Positions 29,878 to 32,000 of a DNA stretch of 32,000 bases are shown here, piece by piece; positions within the stretch are counted from its first letter, which is position 1; the number at the start of each line of letters is the position of its first letter. The position numbers were made by a program, and so were the translations under genes. The stretch comes from Candidatus Iainarchaeum sp. Its GTDB lineage: Archaea; Iainarchaeota; Iainarchaeia; Iainarchaeales; 0-14-0-20-30-16. The stretch lies in the NCBI GenBank assembly GCA_028710695.1, contig JAQTTP010000002.1, positions 60,001 to 92,000 of the forward strand. The letters run 5' to 3'. The notes beneath the pieces were generated by a model. It saw nothing but the letters and a program-made list of their open reading frames with translations, was not told where the DNA came from and ran no database searches.

Positions 29878-31089
29878 TTACACCTTCTTCTTTTTTTTGA
29901 ATTTCGGCAACTTCTTAAAGGCTAAAAGATCCGTTGTTTCTTTAAGATCTGCTTTTATCTTTTCAGCAAATTCTTTCGTTTTAGAATGTGTTTTTAGATA
30001 CAAAGAAAACAAATGTTGCATCTGCTTTGAAAGATATTTTATAAACTCTTTTCTCATCTCTTCCACAGGTTTCTTTGACAAGATAATAATTCCAAATCCA
30101 ACTACCAAATATAACCAAAAAGAAAATAGCCTATCTATAATTACTACTGACAAAGCCAAAGTACTATCTATTCCTAATACGGATGACAAATATACAAAAG
30201 ATAATTCATACGCACCCAAACCACCGGGAAGCATACTCACATTACCTATTATTTCACATAAAGACCATAAACCCAGAACTATAAAGAAATTTACTTCTAC
30301 ACCAAACATTAAAAACACAAGATAAATCCTTAATGTGCAAATGAATATCTTCAAGACAGATAAAAAAAGGCTTAAGGAAATTGTCTTAAAAGAAATCATT
30401 TCCATCTTTTTAATTTCTTTATAAAACAAGGAAAGAATATTTTTTAAAAAGTTAAAAACTACTGAATCAAAGAATTTAATTTTTATGTTAAATACTTTTA
30501 TGAAATAATAACAAATTATTACAGAAACTACTGATAACAAAATAGCCAATACTATCAATACAATTCTATCCATTATTGATGGAAATGGCAAAAGAACCGA
30601 AGAAATTAGCCCAATTGTCAAAACTGTAATAATATCAAATACATTTTCCATTGCAATGGAAAAAATTACTTGAGAATATTGTATCTTGTAATAATATTTC
30701 AGAATAATAACCCTAAATGCCTCTCCCAAAGGCTTTGGAGGGATTCCCAAGGTTACTGCCAAACCACAGAGATAATAATATATTTGTTTTAAAGAATACT
30801 TTTTTTCGTTGTACAAAGAGTATCGCAAAGATAAAACAAACAACTGCACAATAGATAACACAAAAAACAGCAATAAATAATAAACATTAATTTTTCCATA
30901 ACTAAATATCTCAAAAAATCCGAATTTTGCAAATAAAAACAAAAATATTGCAATTACAACCAGGTACAAAAAAATATATTTTCTAAAATTAGTAAGAGAA
31001 TCTAATTTTTTTGCAAAGACAAAAAGTTTACTGTTGAAGTTTTCAATTATATTTTCAAGAGGCCTTTTGGTTTTTGGTTTGCGAATCAT
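29878..31089 (-). CDS. Flippase-like polytopic membrane protein (LPG-synthase-TM / UPF0104-like)
   Basis: About 8 TM helices, with NVSMLPGGLGAYELSFVYLSSVLGI matching the conserved PGG(L/I)G.(Y/F)E motif of that family. The track start at 31098 is a TTG. I use the ATG at 31089. Confidence 0.65.
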   Translation of the reverse strand: MIRKPKTKRPLENIIENFNSKLFVFAKKLDSLTNFRKYIFLYLVVIAIFLFLFAKFGFFEIFSYGKINVYYLLLFFVLSIVQLFVLSLRYSLYNEKKYSLKQIYYYLCGLAVTLGIPPKPLGEAFRVIILKYYYKIQYSQVIFSIAMENVFDIITVLTIGLISSVLLPFPSIMDRIVLIVLAILLSVVSVIICYYFIKVFNIKIKFFDSVVFNFLKNILSLFYKEIKKMEMISFKTISLSLFLSVLKIFICTLRIYLVFLMFGVEVNFFIVLGLWSLCEIIGNVSMLPGGLGAYELSFVYLSSVLGIDSTLALSVVIIDRLFSFWLYLVVGFGIIILSKKPVEEMRKEFIKYLSKQMQHLFSLYLKTHSKTKEFAEKIKADLKETTDLLAFKKLPKFKKKKKV

Positions 31090-31098
31090 AAAGATCAA

Positions 31099-32000
31099 TT
31101 AGAAAAACAAAAACTTCTTTTTAATTCCGCTTTCAATCATTTCAAAAGGGTATGGAGTTACACCACTAATTTTTCTCTTATTTAATCTAGCAACAAGTTT
31201 ATCCAATTTATGTTCTGACAAGGACTCCAGATCAGATCTTTTCTTTGCTTTTAATTCTAAATTGTTAAACAAAGAATCAAACAAAAAGTTTTGTCTATTG
31301 AAATTAAATTTATCTTTTGAACCATACTTGGTTTTCTTTATTGTGTTTCTCACTATTTCATAACCAATGTCAACACTTTTTAAGGATTCAAAAAAGTTTT
31401 CTCCAGAAAAGTTGTTAAATATTCCACCTGCGCTTCCCAGCAACAAGGCTTTATCTCCAACCAAAGTTTTCTTTCCGTTGTAGTTTCCTATTTCTTTATA
31501 TTTTATTTCGCCATCAATAGAATAATTATTTTTCAAAGCAAATTCATCTATACTATCTTTAGACATTTCAGAAGAAACAAAATATCCAGTTTTGCTATCT
31601 ATTGGGCAAACAAACCGATAAAGGCTTTTACATTCATTAGAAATAAAATAATCTATTACTTTAGGGTCAAACTTGCCTTTTAACTGACAATAAACCATTT
31701 TCTTTTTTGCCAAAGAATAATTAAATAACTTATCTCTTACGTTTGAATAAAGGCCATCACAACCAATAACAACATCTGCTTTTCTTAAAGTTCCTTTTCC
31801 TTTCTCTTCAAAAAATACATTGTTATTTGTTTTATTATAGTCAAAAAATCTTGCGGAATGAACTAAGTCTTTTCCTTTGTTTTGAAGTTTTTTATAAAGC
31901 AAATATTCAAAAGTGGACTTATCGTAAATAGAATACATCCCACGAGTGTCTATTTCTGCAATTTTCCCATAAGGGGAATGAAATCTAACCAAATCAACAT
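31099..32000 (-). CDS. FAD-dependent geranylgeranyl-reductase-family oxidoreductase, C-terminal part (N-terminus beyond window end)
   Basis: ADVVIGCDGLYSNVRDKLF (GxDG..S.vR motif) and LLGSAGGIFNNFSGENFFESL (a degenerate GDAAG...GEG motif). The frame stays open to position 32000, the track start is a TTG, and the GxGxxG FAD motif is missing. The gene is therefore truncated by the window edge. Confidence 0.55.
   Translation of the reverse strand, partial: VDLVRFHSPYGKIAEIDTRGMYSIYDKSTFEYLLYKKLQNKGKDLVHSARFFDYNKTNNNVFFEEKGKGTLRKADVVIGCDGLYSNVRDKLFNYSLAKKKMVYCQLKGKFDPKVIDYFISNECKSLYRFVCPIDSKTGYFVSSEMSKDSIDEFALKNNYSIDGEIKYKEIGNYNGKKTLVGDKALLLGSAGGIFNNFSGENFFESLKSVDIGYEIVRNTIKKTKYGSKDKFNFNRQNFLFDSLFNNLELKAKKRSDLESLSEHKLDKLVARLNKRKISGVTPYPFEMIESGIKKKFLFF

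Overview
AT-rich, gene-dense fragment that reads as archaeal chromosome, probably from a small-genome DPANN-like lineage. That placement is inference from an archaeal Sm protein, an archaeal/eukaryotic-type TrpRS, a geranylgeranyl-reductase-like gene, and TATA-like boxes with GGTG/GGAGG Shine-Dalgarno boxes, mixed with bacterial-type gyrase, CsaA, Gpt and MinD. I call 30 protein genes, 26 on the minus strand. I recognised no rRNA, tRNA, CRISPR array, transposase or integrase. Housekeeping genes: gyrA-gyrB, an H+-pyrophosphatase with the K+-independent signature, TrpRS, HisRS, a ThrRS lacking the TGS domain, Gpt-like PRTase, CsaA, an isochorismatase-family hydrolase, a membrane GT2 and a membrane-anchored CofD/YvcK-family protein. 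The best candidate for an undescribed system is 12116-18745. It is a tightly packed minus-strand operon encoding an 890-aa HerA/FtsK-type ATPase (disordered N-tail, winged-helix-containing C-extension), a NYN/LabA-like PIN-fold protein, two small adaptor-like proteins (DUF4388/DUF2226-like and Roadblock-like) and a MinD with an E. coli-like C-terminal membrane-targeting helix. An Sm gene and a second 432-aa HerA paralog follow. A 29-30 nt copy of the MinD tail-coding sequence sits in the downstream spacer. Other items: three compositionally atypical GC-richer genes (10564-11664, 24654-25379, 25713-26546); an envelope operon (28040-32000) ending in a membrane-tethered wHTH regulator, followed by a leader with 10-bp-periodic GGAA repeats and a possible anti-SD pairing; a secreted transglutaminase-like protein with a strict aromatic heptad stalk; and a GC-rich hairpin cluster in the 18746-18913 spacer. 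All functional calls rest on motifs read by eye. No database search was run.
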